Source of the DNA: a virus
Length of the DNA stretch: 64,000 nucleotides
Strand: one strand, 5' to 3'
IMG/VR virus record: IMGVR_UViG_3300021963_000037
Location: 32,001-96,000 of that record
Position 1 is the stretch's first letter, and every line of letters begins with the position of its first letter. Below the pieces are notes generated by a model that worked only from the letters and a program-made list of their open reading frames with translations, did no database searches and was not told the origin of the DNA. Below are positions 40,119 through 48,258 of the stretch, in pieces. Both the position numbers and the translations under genes were made by a program.

Positions 40119-42185
40119 ATGGCAAAATCATCTAAGTTTATTGGATTAGACCAAGATATTATTCTGGAATTCATATATCATGACCAGACAAATTCGCAAG
40201 ATTATGCAATCGAAACGGATAACAATGGTAGTGAGATTAAGATTCTAGATACCGTTGATGGAGACACAACGGAGACAAGATATTTAATTCACGAACTTGG
40301 AGCTGATGTTGTAGAATTTAGTGTTGATACTGATGGAATCTATGTTACTGTAAATAATTTTGCAGGTAGAGAACTTCAATTACAAAATGGTAAAACATAT
40401 AAATTCGATTTAAGTAACCTAAACGATCCAACTAATTTTACAATCAGTGGAGGAGGAACAGCAAGTTACTCTGCTTTATCTGGAATATTAACTTATAATC
40501 CTAACACAAATGGATCTTATAGTTATGGATATACCGATACAACATTAACACCTGATATAATTTATACCGGTGGAAAGATTGTTGTTGGAGATAAAGCAAA
40601 CCCTTTATTTTCAGTTCCTTTCCAACAAACTGGTAATACAATCAAAACTGCAAGTGGAGAGATTGGAAGATACTATGCCGTTCAACATGATGTTGATGGT
40701 AATAGATATGCTCTTTTAAATAACTCACTTGATTATTTAGATACAACAGGATGGGACGGTACTAATAGTGCTGGTTTAACTCCAGTTACGATTCCATCGA
40801 ATACAATTTATTATGATACAATTAGATTGCACTTAAGAACTGGATTCAGTTTTGGAGCTAGAGGTTACGATGGATTCTTATTCCAAGTTAAAACACCTAG
40901 ACTTTCTGGAATTGAAAACTACTTAACTTCAATTGTTTATAAAAATTCAAGTAACTTTGAGATTCAGAATCCAAATCCATTTGTTCTTTCTGGAGTTTCA
41001 TATTCAAAATTCATTGAGATTAAAGTTCCATCTTTAGTTAACATGTTTGATAATAACTTGAACTTAGATTTTCAAGATGCATTTTACGCAGACCACATAA
41101 CTGGAGGTTATGATATTTTAGATGCAACTGCTGGTTATGGAATCAATTTTAAATTAATTGACCAAATTGTAGAAATTTCTGGAATTGAGTATGCTGATGT
41201 TTCACATGGTATCGAGTTAACTCTTCCACAAGAAGACGAATTCCAAGATATTGTTGGTGTTATTGAAGAAGCAGCAGACGGAGACTATTTTAATCTATAT
41301 GGACTTAAAGATGGTAGTAGAAATGAATTTGAAGATTATATTTTAACTAGACAAAATAATAGCGGAGACGATATTACGGTTTTCCATGATATTGAAATTA
41401 GAGAAGCTCTTGGTTTAAGTTATGAAAAAACTTTTAGTACAACGTTTGTTCAAACTGAAGAATATGACCAACCTATTATTTTTAGACCAGTTATTAAGAA
41501 TGCGAATGTTGCATCTGCATTTTTAATTAACTATATTTTAAGGATCTATAATGAGACTGATAATACTCAAATCGTAAAACAGTCAACTCTTATTTATAAC
41601 CAACCTGCAAAATATGGTAAAAGAATTGCAAAAATAGACTTAGGTTCTAATGCTGTAAATAAAATTTACAATACTCTAGCTGATACAACATCAAATAGAA
41701 GTTTAACTAGTTTTGTTAATTCTATTAGACCAACTGTTGGAGAAACCAAATATGTTCCTGTTGCAATTGATACAACCAATATTCTTGCTGGAAATAGTAA
41801 TGTTGCATTAGGAAATGCAGTTTCAATTGGTGAATATTTTACCGAAGGAAACGCAACAATAACTCTTTCTAAAGTTTCAGATAACTTTGTTAAATTTAGA
41901 ATTGCACAAGTTGATGGAAATTCTACAAAGGCAATAAGCTTAGTTGGAGCTGAAAGTATCGAACTTTTATTAAAAAGCGGAGATATTAAATCAAGCGTAA
42001 CATTTGATCCATCTTTTCCTGGAGTAGACGCTGGAATTGGAGAAATCCTATTTAAAATTCCAAAGGCAATGTCTGCTAGGTTTGATGAGTCTGATGCAAA
42101 CACTAATAAAGACATGTTCTATATTAATTTAGTTAATGGCAACACAAGTTCTTTATTATATTACGGAAATGTAAACATCATATAA
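40119..42185 (+). CDS. Virion structural protein
   Basis: 688 aa, acidic and beta-rich, coupled to the gp3-like gene. Confidence 0.55.
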   Translation: MAKSSKFIGLDQDIILEFIYHDQTNSQDYAIETDNNGSEIKILDTVDGDTTETRYLIHELGADVVEFSVDTDGIYVTVNNFAGRELQLQNGKTYKFDLSNLNDPTNFTISGGGTASYSALSGILTYNPNTNGSYSYGYTDTTLTPDIIYTGGKIVVGDKANPLFSVPFQQTGNTIKTASGEIGRYYAVQHDVDGNRYALLNNSLDYLDTTGWDGTNSAGLTPVTIPSNTIYYDTIRLHLRTGFSFGARGYDGFLFQVKTPRLSGIENYLTSIVYKNSSNFEIQNPNPFVLSGVSYSKFIEIKVPSLVNMFDNNLNLDFQDAFYADHITGGYDILDATAGYGINFKLIDQIVEISGIEYADVSHGIELTLPQEDEFQDIVGVIEEAADGDYFNLYGLKDGSRNEFEDYILTRQNNSGDDITVFHDIEIREALGLSYEKTFSTTFVQTEEYDQPIIFRPVIKNANVASAFLINYILRIYNETDNTQIVKQSTLIYNQPAKYGKRIAKIDLGSNAVNKIYNTLADTTSNRSLTSFVNSIRPTVGETKYVPVAIDTTNILAGNSNVALGNAVSIGEYFTEGNATITLSKVSDNFVKFRIAQVDGNSTKAISLVGAESIELLLKSGDIKSSVTFDPSFPGVDAGIGEILFKIPKAMSARFDESDANTNKDMFYINLVNGNTSSLLYYGNVNII

Positions 42186-42736
42186 TGATATTAAATAGTA
42201 GAAATAACCTATATAACTTCAAGCTTCCAAGGAATTTCATTCCTAAGGAGGTTGCTGATCAGTATAAAAAGTATTTGAATAGAATGCCAGGTTCGATTAT
42301 TACTGAACCAATTGATTATATCAACTATTCAATTCAGGGTATTAATTTACCAGGTGTTACATTTGAACCAGTAACTCAAGCAAACAATGATGGTACTGTT
42401 AATTACCATAGAGGAGCTTATCCTGTACAAAACTTGATTGAAAGAGAGTTTACAATAACAATGCAACTATTAGATGGATTCATCAATTATTTTATTATGA
42501 TGGACACATTGTTATATTATTATGCAAAACAAACCAGACCTGAATATACTGACGATTTGAAATTACAAATCATGGACGCTGAAGGTATTCACGTGATTTC
42601 AGCAGTATTTCATCAGCCAATCATGCATTCAATTTCAGAGCTTGATTTAAATATGAGTCAAAATGTTGCAGAATTTAATACATTTACATGTAACTTCAAG
42701 TATAACAAATTTGCTCTTAAGCTAGAAATTGACTAA
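42185..42736 (+). CDS. gp3: Tail completion/tube-terminator protein (gp3-like, tube fold)
   Basis: YSIQGINLPGVTF and FTCNFKYNKF resemble the gp3/tail-tube family. Confidence 0.6.
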   Translation: MILNSRNNLYNFKLPRNFIPKEVADQYKKYLNRMPGSIITEPIDYINYSIQGINLPGVTFEPVTQANNDGTVNYHRGAYPVQNLIEREFTITMQLLDGFINYFIMMDTLLYYYAKQTRPEYTDDLKLQIMDAEGIHVISAVFHQPIMHSISELDLNMSQNVAEFNTFTCNFKYNKFALKLEID

Positions 42737-42757
42737 TAAAAATCTAATATATACTAT

Positions 42758-43126
42758 ATGAAAACATTTGCTGAATATTTAGCTGAACAAGACGTAACTG
42801 CAAAAGACCTACAGGTTCTATCAGAATCTCTTGTTTCAGAATGGACTCCAGAATTAGAGGCTAAAGTAGATGCTGCATTAGAAGAATTTACTGCTACATA
42901 TATGAACGAAGACGGTACTTATAATATCGAAAAATTCAATGATGAACTTACTAATGAAGGTCTTCTTGGTTCTATTATTGGTGGTTTAACTGGATTTGCT
43001 CTTGGTTCTACAATTGGTAAAACAGTAGCTAAAGTATTGGGAGTTCAAAGTGGAGTCCTTTACGATTTATTAACTTCAAGACTTGTTGGCGCCGCTCTTG
43101 GTGCAACTCTTGGTAATAGAATCTAA
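42758..43126 (+). CDS. Capsid-targeted glycine-zipper protein
   Basis: Starts MKTFAEYLAE; C-terminal GxxxG-rich hydrophobic helices; AATATATA at 42746. Confidence 0.6.
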   Translation: MKTFAEYLAEQDVTAKDLQVLSESLVSEWTPELEAKVDAALEEFTATYMNEDGTYNIEKFNDELTNEGLLGSIIGGLTGFALGSTIGKTVAKVLGVQSGVLYDLLTSRLVGAALGATLGNRI

Positions 43127-43127
43127 T

Positions 43128-43763
43128 ATGAATTATATAGGGATAGATTTCTCATTAAACTCTCCGGGTATTGTTGTTCTAAATAATGAACTTAACTTTA
43201 TTTCTTTCTTAAAGCCAGGATCTGGCACAAAAGCTGACCAAGCTTTACAATCTCATATCTCAACTCTTAATGGTGTAACTCTTGTTTCTCAACCAGAATA
43301 CGAGAAGTCCAAAGAGTTTTCTTCTCAAGAACTTTTAAAACTTAATCGTTTTGTCGATATGGCAGAACAAATTATCGGTCTTATTAAAACCAAGATTGAT
43401 GACACTCCATGTGTTTTTGCCTTTGAAGGCGTTTCTTATGGGTCGAATGGAGGAACAAATAATCTTATTGATATGGCGGCTGCCGCTGCAATCTTCAAAT
43501 ACAAGATAATTACTTCTTTTAGTAATATTGAGAATATTCTTACGGTTGCTCCATCAACAATTAAGAAACATGCTGGAAAAGGAAACATGAATAAAAGGCT
43601 TTTGTGGGACGTTTTTACCGAGAATCGTTTGAGTGATCCGAACCTGGAATCCTCAGAGCTCCATAAGCACGTTAAAACCCTTGAAATTGGGAAGTCCGTC
43701 CCGAAGCCCTTAGATGATTTAGTGGACGCTTACTTCCTTGCAAGCTATATCTCAGCGCTCTAA
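43128..43763 (+). CDS. ruvC: RuvC-like Holliday junction resolvase
   Basis: YIGIDFSLNSPG, FAFEG, PSTIKKHAGKGN, DDLVDAY; start moved to 43128. Confidence 0.85.
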   Translation: MNYIGIDFSLNSPGIVVLNNELNFISFLKPGSGTKADQALQSHISTLNGVTLVSQPEYEKSKEFSSQELLKLNRFVDMAEQIIGLIKTKIDDTPCVFAFEGVSYGSNGGTNNLIDMAAAAAIFKYKIITSFSNIENILTVAPSTIKKHAGKGNMNKRLLWDVFTENRLSDPNLESSELHKHVKTLEIGKSVPKPLDDLVDAYFLASYISAL

Positions 43764-43908
43764 GAACCTTATCTTCACCTGAAACCCAAATCTTATATTA
43801 CACTTGTCACGGTTTGTTTCAAGATTTTAGAACTATTTTTAAAAAAAGTGAAAATAATTTTAGAGATATATAGAATGAGTGAGTAAGACACCTTTTATTT
43901 GAAAAAAT

Positions 43909-43935
43909 GAAACAAATCTAATTTACTCGATATAA
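43909..43935 (+). promoter_or_regulatory. Class A promoter for ssb
   Basis: GAAAC-N17-TATAA; a late motif GATATATA also lies at 43865. Confidence 0.7.
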
Positions 43936-43939
43936 ACCT

Positions 43940-44014
43940 TAACGTTTTAAAATTTAAAGGGCCCTTAAAGTTTAACGTATTAAACAATTTAAAGAAAATT
44001 AAAGTATTAAAGAC
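43940..44014 (+). promoter_or_regulatory. gp32-type autoregulatory leader (TTAAA repeats + hairpin)
   Basis: About seven TTAAA copies plus TTAA in 75 nt, with an imperfect hairpin centred on AAGGGCCCTT. Confidence 0.55.
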
Positions 44015-44941
44015 ATGGCAGATTTTGACATTTTCAACCTTAGTGTTGACGCAGTAGACACACATGAAGTACAGAGCACTGGTTCTGGCAACGACATCTA
44101 CAAACCAACAGCCGATGAAGGCAAAGACGGAACTTACAAAGCACTTATTCGTTTTGTTCCAAACCCAAAGAATCCCCGCAATTCACTTGTTAAAAAGTAC
44201 GTACATTGGCTAACTGATGCTAGTGGTGACGGAAAATTAGTTGACTCACCATCTTCTATCGGTGAAAAGTGTCCAATTGCAGAGGCATTCTTCAAATTAC
44301 GTAAATCAGACTCAGCAGTTGATCGCAAGATTGCAGACAAGTTGAAAAGACGTGAACAGTATTACGCTTTGATTAAAATTATCAAAGATCCTCAACACCC
44401 TGAATTCGAAGGTCAGTACAAAATCTTCAAGTTTGGTTACAAAATCAAAGAGAAAATCGATGAAGAATTGAAACCAGCATTTGGAGAACCAACTCAAATT
44501 TTCGATCTATTCAATGGTAAAAACTTCGAACTTATTATTACTCGTCAAGGAGAATATAATAACTACGATAAGTCTAAATTCGCATCTAGCAAATCAGCAA
44601 TTACTGTTGATGGAGAAGCTGCAGAAAAGACTCAAGAAGTTATGACCAAAATCAAAACTGAATTAGATGCAGCTCCTTCTTTAGAACCATACGAATACAA
44701 AGCATGGGATGATGAAACTCGCGATTTCGTGAACTCATTACTTCGTCAGTATTTGAATCCAGGTTCTTCAATCGATGAGATTGTATCAAAACCTAAAGCT
44801 AAAGCAGCTCCTAAAGCTGAGCCAAAAGTAGAAGAGTCAAATGATTTTGATTTCGATACAACACCAGCTCCTAAGACAGAAGCAGCAGCGGTAGATAGTT
44901 CTGATGACTTAGATTCGTTTTTGAATGACCTCGACCTCTAA
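44015..44941 (+). CDS. gp32: Single-stranded DNA-binding protein gp32
   Basis: YKPTAD, ALIRFVP, GEKCPI, IFKFGYKI, FDLFNGKNF, NYDKSKF, acidic tail DDLDSFLNDLDL. Confidence 0.93.
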   Translation: MADFDIFNLSVDAVDTHEVQSTGSGNDIYKPTADEGKDGTYKALIRFVPNPKNPRNSLVKKYVHWLTDASGDGKLVDSPSSIGEKCPIAEAFFKLRKSDSAVDRKIADKLKRREQYYALIKIIKDPQHPEFEGQYKIFKFGYKIKEKIDEELKPAFGEPTQIFDLFNGKNFELIITRQGEYNNYDKSKFASSKSAITVDGEAAEKTQEVMTKIKTELDAAPSLEPYEYKAWDDETRDFVNSLLRQYLNPGSSIDEIVSKPKAKAAPKAEPKVEESNDFDFDTTPAPKTEAAAVDSSDDLDSFLNDLDL

Positions 44942-46004
44942 TATATCAGAAGACTTAAAACACACAATCAAACTCTTAGTTAAGAAAGTATTAGTTCAAG
45001 AACATACGGTCCAAAATAAGACGATGATTAAGGAAATGCCAGGGCGAATAACTCTGGCATGTCCTTATTGTGGTGACTCGTATTCCGATGACAAAAAGAA
45101 ACGTGGTAATATCTATTGGGACACTTTACAGTATCATTGTTTTAACTGTTCCCAACATGGAGATGTTTATAGTTTCTTAAAAGATCACGGTGTCCGTTTT
45201 GGTAGTTCTGAAGATTCAGTTCAAGTAATTGAGTGGATTAAAGAAAACAAAGCAGAGTCCCATCATGTTGATGTTTTACAGTATGGTATATTTGAAAAGA
45301 TTGGACAATTAGCGCCAACTATCGAAGAATTACGAGTTGCACTTAAGATGACCTACATTTCGGTAGGAGATGCACCTTGGTTATATCTAAGAAAGAGATT
45401 TCTTTCAAACAAATTAGAAAACTTCCTCTATTCCCCCAAAGACAAAAGAATCTATGTTCTAAATTTAGGACCAGACGGAAAAGTAATTGGAATGCAGTCA
45501 AGAACTCTTGTTAAAACTAGCAATTCTAAATACTTAACCTACGATCTTGAAAAGATATTAGAGTGGATGGGAAAGCCTATTGAAATAGATGAAGCAGAGA
45601 AAATGGCAATTAGTAAAATATCAACCTTATTTGGTATTATGAAAACTGACTTTACTCGACCAGTTACAATATTTGAAGGACCATTAGATCGAATGTTTAT
45701 GAATAATTCATTAGCACTTTCCTCTGTAGGGCGAGACACGACTGAGCTCGACCAGGTTCCAACAATTCGTTATATGTTCGATAATGATAAAGCTGGTAAA
45801 ACAAAAATGATTGAAAAGCTAAAAGCTGGAAAATCAGTCTTTATGTGGTCCAAATTTCTCAAAGATACTAAAATGGATAAATATAAAGAACCTATTAAAG
45901 ATTTAAACGACTTAGTAATGGCCGCTTACATAAACAAAAGTGATTGTTTAACTAAAATAAACGACTACTTTTCAAACTCAATGTTAGATGCGTACTACTT
46001 ATAA
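44925..46004 (+). CDS. gp61: DNA primase gp61
   Basis: CPYCGDS...YHCFNC zinc finger; FEGPLD, FDNDKAG, KDLND TOPRIM motifs. Confidence 0.92.
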   Translation: MTSTSNISEDLKHTIKLLVKKVLVQEHTVQNKTMIKEMPGRITLACPYCGDSYSDDKKKRGNIYWDTLQYHCFNCSQHGDVYSFLKDHGVRFGSSEDSVQVIEWIKENKAESHHVDVLQYGIFEKIGQLAPTIEELRVALKMTYISVGDAPWLYLRKRFLSNKLENFLYSPKDKRIYVLNLGPDGKVIGMQSRTLVKTSNSKYLTYDLEKILEWMGKPIEIDEAEKMAISKISTLFGIMKTDFTRPVTIFEGPLDRMFMNNSLALSSVGRDTTELDQVPTIRYMFDNDKAGKTKMIEKLKAGKSVFMWSKFLKDTKMDKYKEPIKDLNDLVMAAYINKSDCLTKINDYFSNSMLDAYYL

Positions 46005-46023
46005 AAATAGACAGGTTCTAGCT

Positions 46024-46227
46024 ATGATAGAACAAGAATTTGAAGATTTCGAAAAGGACAGAGAAAACAGCAGCAAAGGACTAAAAACCATTGTTGACTT
46101 TGGCGTTTCGAAAATTGAATATGATGGTACAACAATTAAAACACAGTTGAAACCTAAGTTCAAAGCAAAGATTAAAAGCAGTGTTTATATTAAACCTAAC
46201 TCAGACAGCAAAAACTCGCTGTTTTAA
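46024..46227 (+). CDS. Hypothetical protein
   Basis: Small ORF between primase and UvsY; probable start MIEQEF. Confidence 0.55.
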   Translation: MIEQEFEDFEKDRENSSKGLKTIVDFGVSKIEYDGTTIKTQLKPKFKAKIKSSVYIKPNSDSKNSLF

Positions 46228-46237
46228 AATTAAATAA

Positions 46238-46672
46238 ATGGAAGTTGAAACTAAAGTAAATAAATTGCAGCAGTTAGATGAGTATCTAGCTACTCAAAGG
46301 ACTGAATGGACTAGTAAAATTCGAGGTGTTGCAGATGATTTAAAACATGGTAACAATCTCCCAGAAGTCTCATCTTACGCATTAAGTTATCGACAAATTT
46401 TAGTCGATATGATTGCATCTATTAGTTCTAAAATCAGAACTCAAAAAGCAAAAATAGATCGAGAATATAAATCAGCGTGGGTAGGATATTATCAATATGA
46501 TTATAAACTATCTGATGGACAACGCGCTAAATTTATTGAGGCTGACTTGTCAGAAGATTATCAAGTACAACAATTATTAGAGATGCAAAGAGATTTCTTT
46601 AATGGTTCTGTAAAAACTCTTGATAACATTGGATTTGCAATTAAGAATCGAATTGACATGAAACAGTTATAA
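46238..46672 (+). CDS. uvsY: UvsY-like recombination mediator
   Basis: Helical 144 aa; YYQYDYKL...FIEAD...LDNIGFAIKNRID; adjacent to UvsW as in T4. Confidence 0.7.
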   Translation: MEVETKVNKLQQLDEYLATQRTEWTSKIRGVADDLKHGNNLPEVSSYALSYRQILVDMIASISSKIRTQKAKIDREYKSAWVGYYQYDYKLSDGQRAKFIEADLSEDYQVQQLLEMQRDFFNGSVKTLDNIGFAIKNRIDMKQL

Positions 46673-46687
46673 AAATATTAGAATGTT

Positions 46688-48196
46688 TTGGTAATAACAT
46701 TAACAGACGATAATAGGTTTCTAAGAATCGACGAAGCAAGTGAAATTGAAATTGAACAAATTAATTTAAGTCTCACTAAAAGAATTGACGGATGGAGATT
46801 CAACCCCTTAGTTAAGAGGGGAGTATGGGATGGTTACGTCTCGTATATTAAAGATAACAAATGGATTCCTGTAGGTTTATGGAGATATGTCATGGAAACC
46901 TGCAAGGAATACAATTTTGATTTAAAACTAAATGGTATTACCAGATTGTTTGATCGAAATATTTCAGCCGAAGGATTTGAAACTTGGGCAAATGCATTTT
47001 TTGATGGCTATCATCTTCAACCGAGAGATTATCAAATTGATGCATCTTATAATATCTTAAAATTTAGAAAGTGTCTTGCTGAATTGGCAACATCTGCTGG
47101 AAAAACGATGATTTCGTTTATGACAGTTGCTTATATGCTAGAGAAACAGAAGGCACAGAAAATCCTTTTTATAGTACCTAACGTTTCACTGGTTGTACAA
47201 GCTAGCGAAGACTTTGTTGACTATAATTGGAGAAACCAAGTGAAGATACGTATCCAACAAATCTACGCAGGTCAGAAAATTAAACCCAATTCAAATGTCG
47301 TAATTGGTACATATCAATCCCTAATTAAAAAAGAAAAAGAATATTTTGATGACTTTGATGCTGTTATTGTTGATGAAACACATAAAGCAAAATCACAGTC
47401 AATTAAAGATATTTTAGCAAAGTGTAGAAATGCACAATATAAATTTGGTTTATCTGGTACAATTCCAAAAGATGGTACACTAGATAAACTAACACTAATG
47501 TCCCAAACCGGCCCGGTAATTACTGAAGTAAAAGCAGCTTTCTTACAACAAGAAGGGCATATTGCAAAATGCCGAGTTAAGGTTATTGAAATGGATTACG
47601 CTCCCGCTGCAACAAAGCAAGCATTTATGGAGTTAGCACAAAATAGATATGAAAGCAAAGATGTTTTCCAACTCGAACAAAATTATATCATCAACAACAA
47701 AGCACGCCTTGACTTTGTTGTCAACGTTATTTCCAGAATACCAAGGAATTCTCTTGTACTTTTCCACAGAATCGAACATGGTAAAAAATTATACGATGCT
47801 CTTCGCCAAAGAAGCCAAAAGAAGGTTTATTATGTTGACGGAGGGACAGATTCTGATATTCGAGAAGAATACAAAAAGAAAATGGAAGCTGGTGAAGAGA
47901 TCGTCATCGTTGCCTCTTATGGCACGTTTTCTACCGGAATCTCAATTAAAAAGATTCATAGCGTATTCTTCACAGAATCATTTAAATCAGAAGTCATCAT
48001 TAGACAATCAATTGGTCGAGGACTTAGACAACATGAGTCCAAAAAAGAGGTAATTATTGTAGATTTCGTTGATAATTTATCAACACCTGATTGGGAATGT
48101 TACCTATTTAGACATGGTCAAGTTAGACAACAAATCTATAAGCAAGAAAAATTCAATTTCGACATCAAACAGGTCACATTTGATGGGTCTGAATAA
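46688..48196 (+). CDS. uvsW: UvsW SF2 helicase
   Basis: WDG, PRDYQ, LATSAGKT, VIVDETH, GLSGT, ASYGTFSTGISI, QSIGRGLR; TTG start. Confidence 0.95.
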   Translation: MVITLTDDNRFLRIDEASEIEIEQINLSLTKRIDGWRFNPLVKRGVWDGYVSYIKDNKWIPVGLWRYVMETCKEYNFDLKLNGITRLFDRNISAEGFETWANAFFDGYHLQPRDYQIDASYNILKFRKCLAELATSAGKTMISFMTVAYMLEKQKAQKILFIVPNVSLVVQASEDFVDYNWRNQVKIRIQQIYAGQKIKPNSNVVIGTYQSLIKKEKEYFDDFDAVIVDETHKAKSQSIKDILAKCRNAQYKFGLSGTIPKDGTLDKLTLMSQTGPVITEVKAAFLQQEGHIAKCRVKVIEMDYAPAATKQAFMELAQNRYESKDVFQLEQNYIINNKARLDFVVNVISRIPRNSLVLFHRIEHGKKLYDALRQRSQKKVYYVDGGTDSDIREEYKKKMEAGEEIVIVASYGTFSTGISIKKIHSVFFTESFKSEVIIRQSIGRGLRQHESKKEVIIVDFVDNLSTPDWECYLFRHGQVRQQIYKQEKFNFDIKQVTFDGSE

Positions 48197-48220
48197 TGGA
48201 CAAAGTTCATTAAATCATAC

Positions 48221-48236
48221 GAATATATAAGATAAG
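48221..48236 (+). promoter_or_regulatory. Late promoter
   Basis: GAATATATAAGATAAG, identical to 5654-5669. Confidence 0.7.
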
Positions 48237-48258
48237 ACTGTAAAAAAATATTAAAACA

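Noticed and set aside
43764-44014. tRNA or structured ncRNA in the largest gap
   Set aside because: No cloverleaf or T-loop motif seen; the sequence is largely explained by promoters and the ssb leader.
46683-46697. ATG TTT TGG TAA mini-ORF overlapping the uvsW TTG start (possible frameshift or uORF control)
   Set aside because: A TTG start explains the gene; a chance ATG or a homopolymer error cannot be distinguished without reads.
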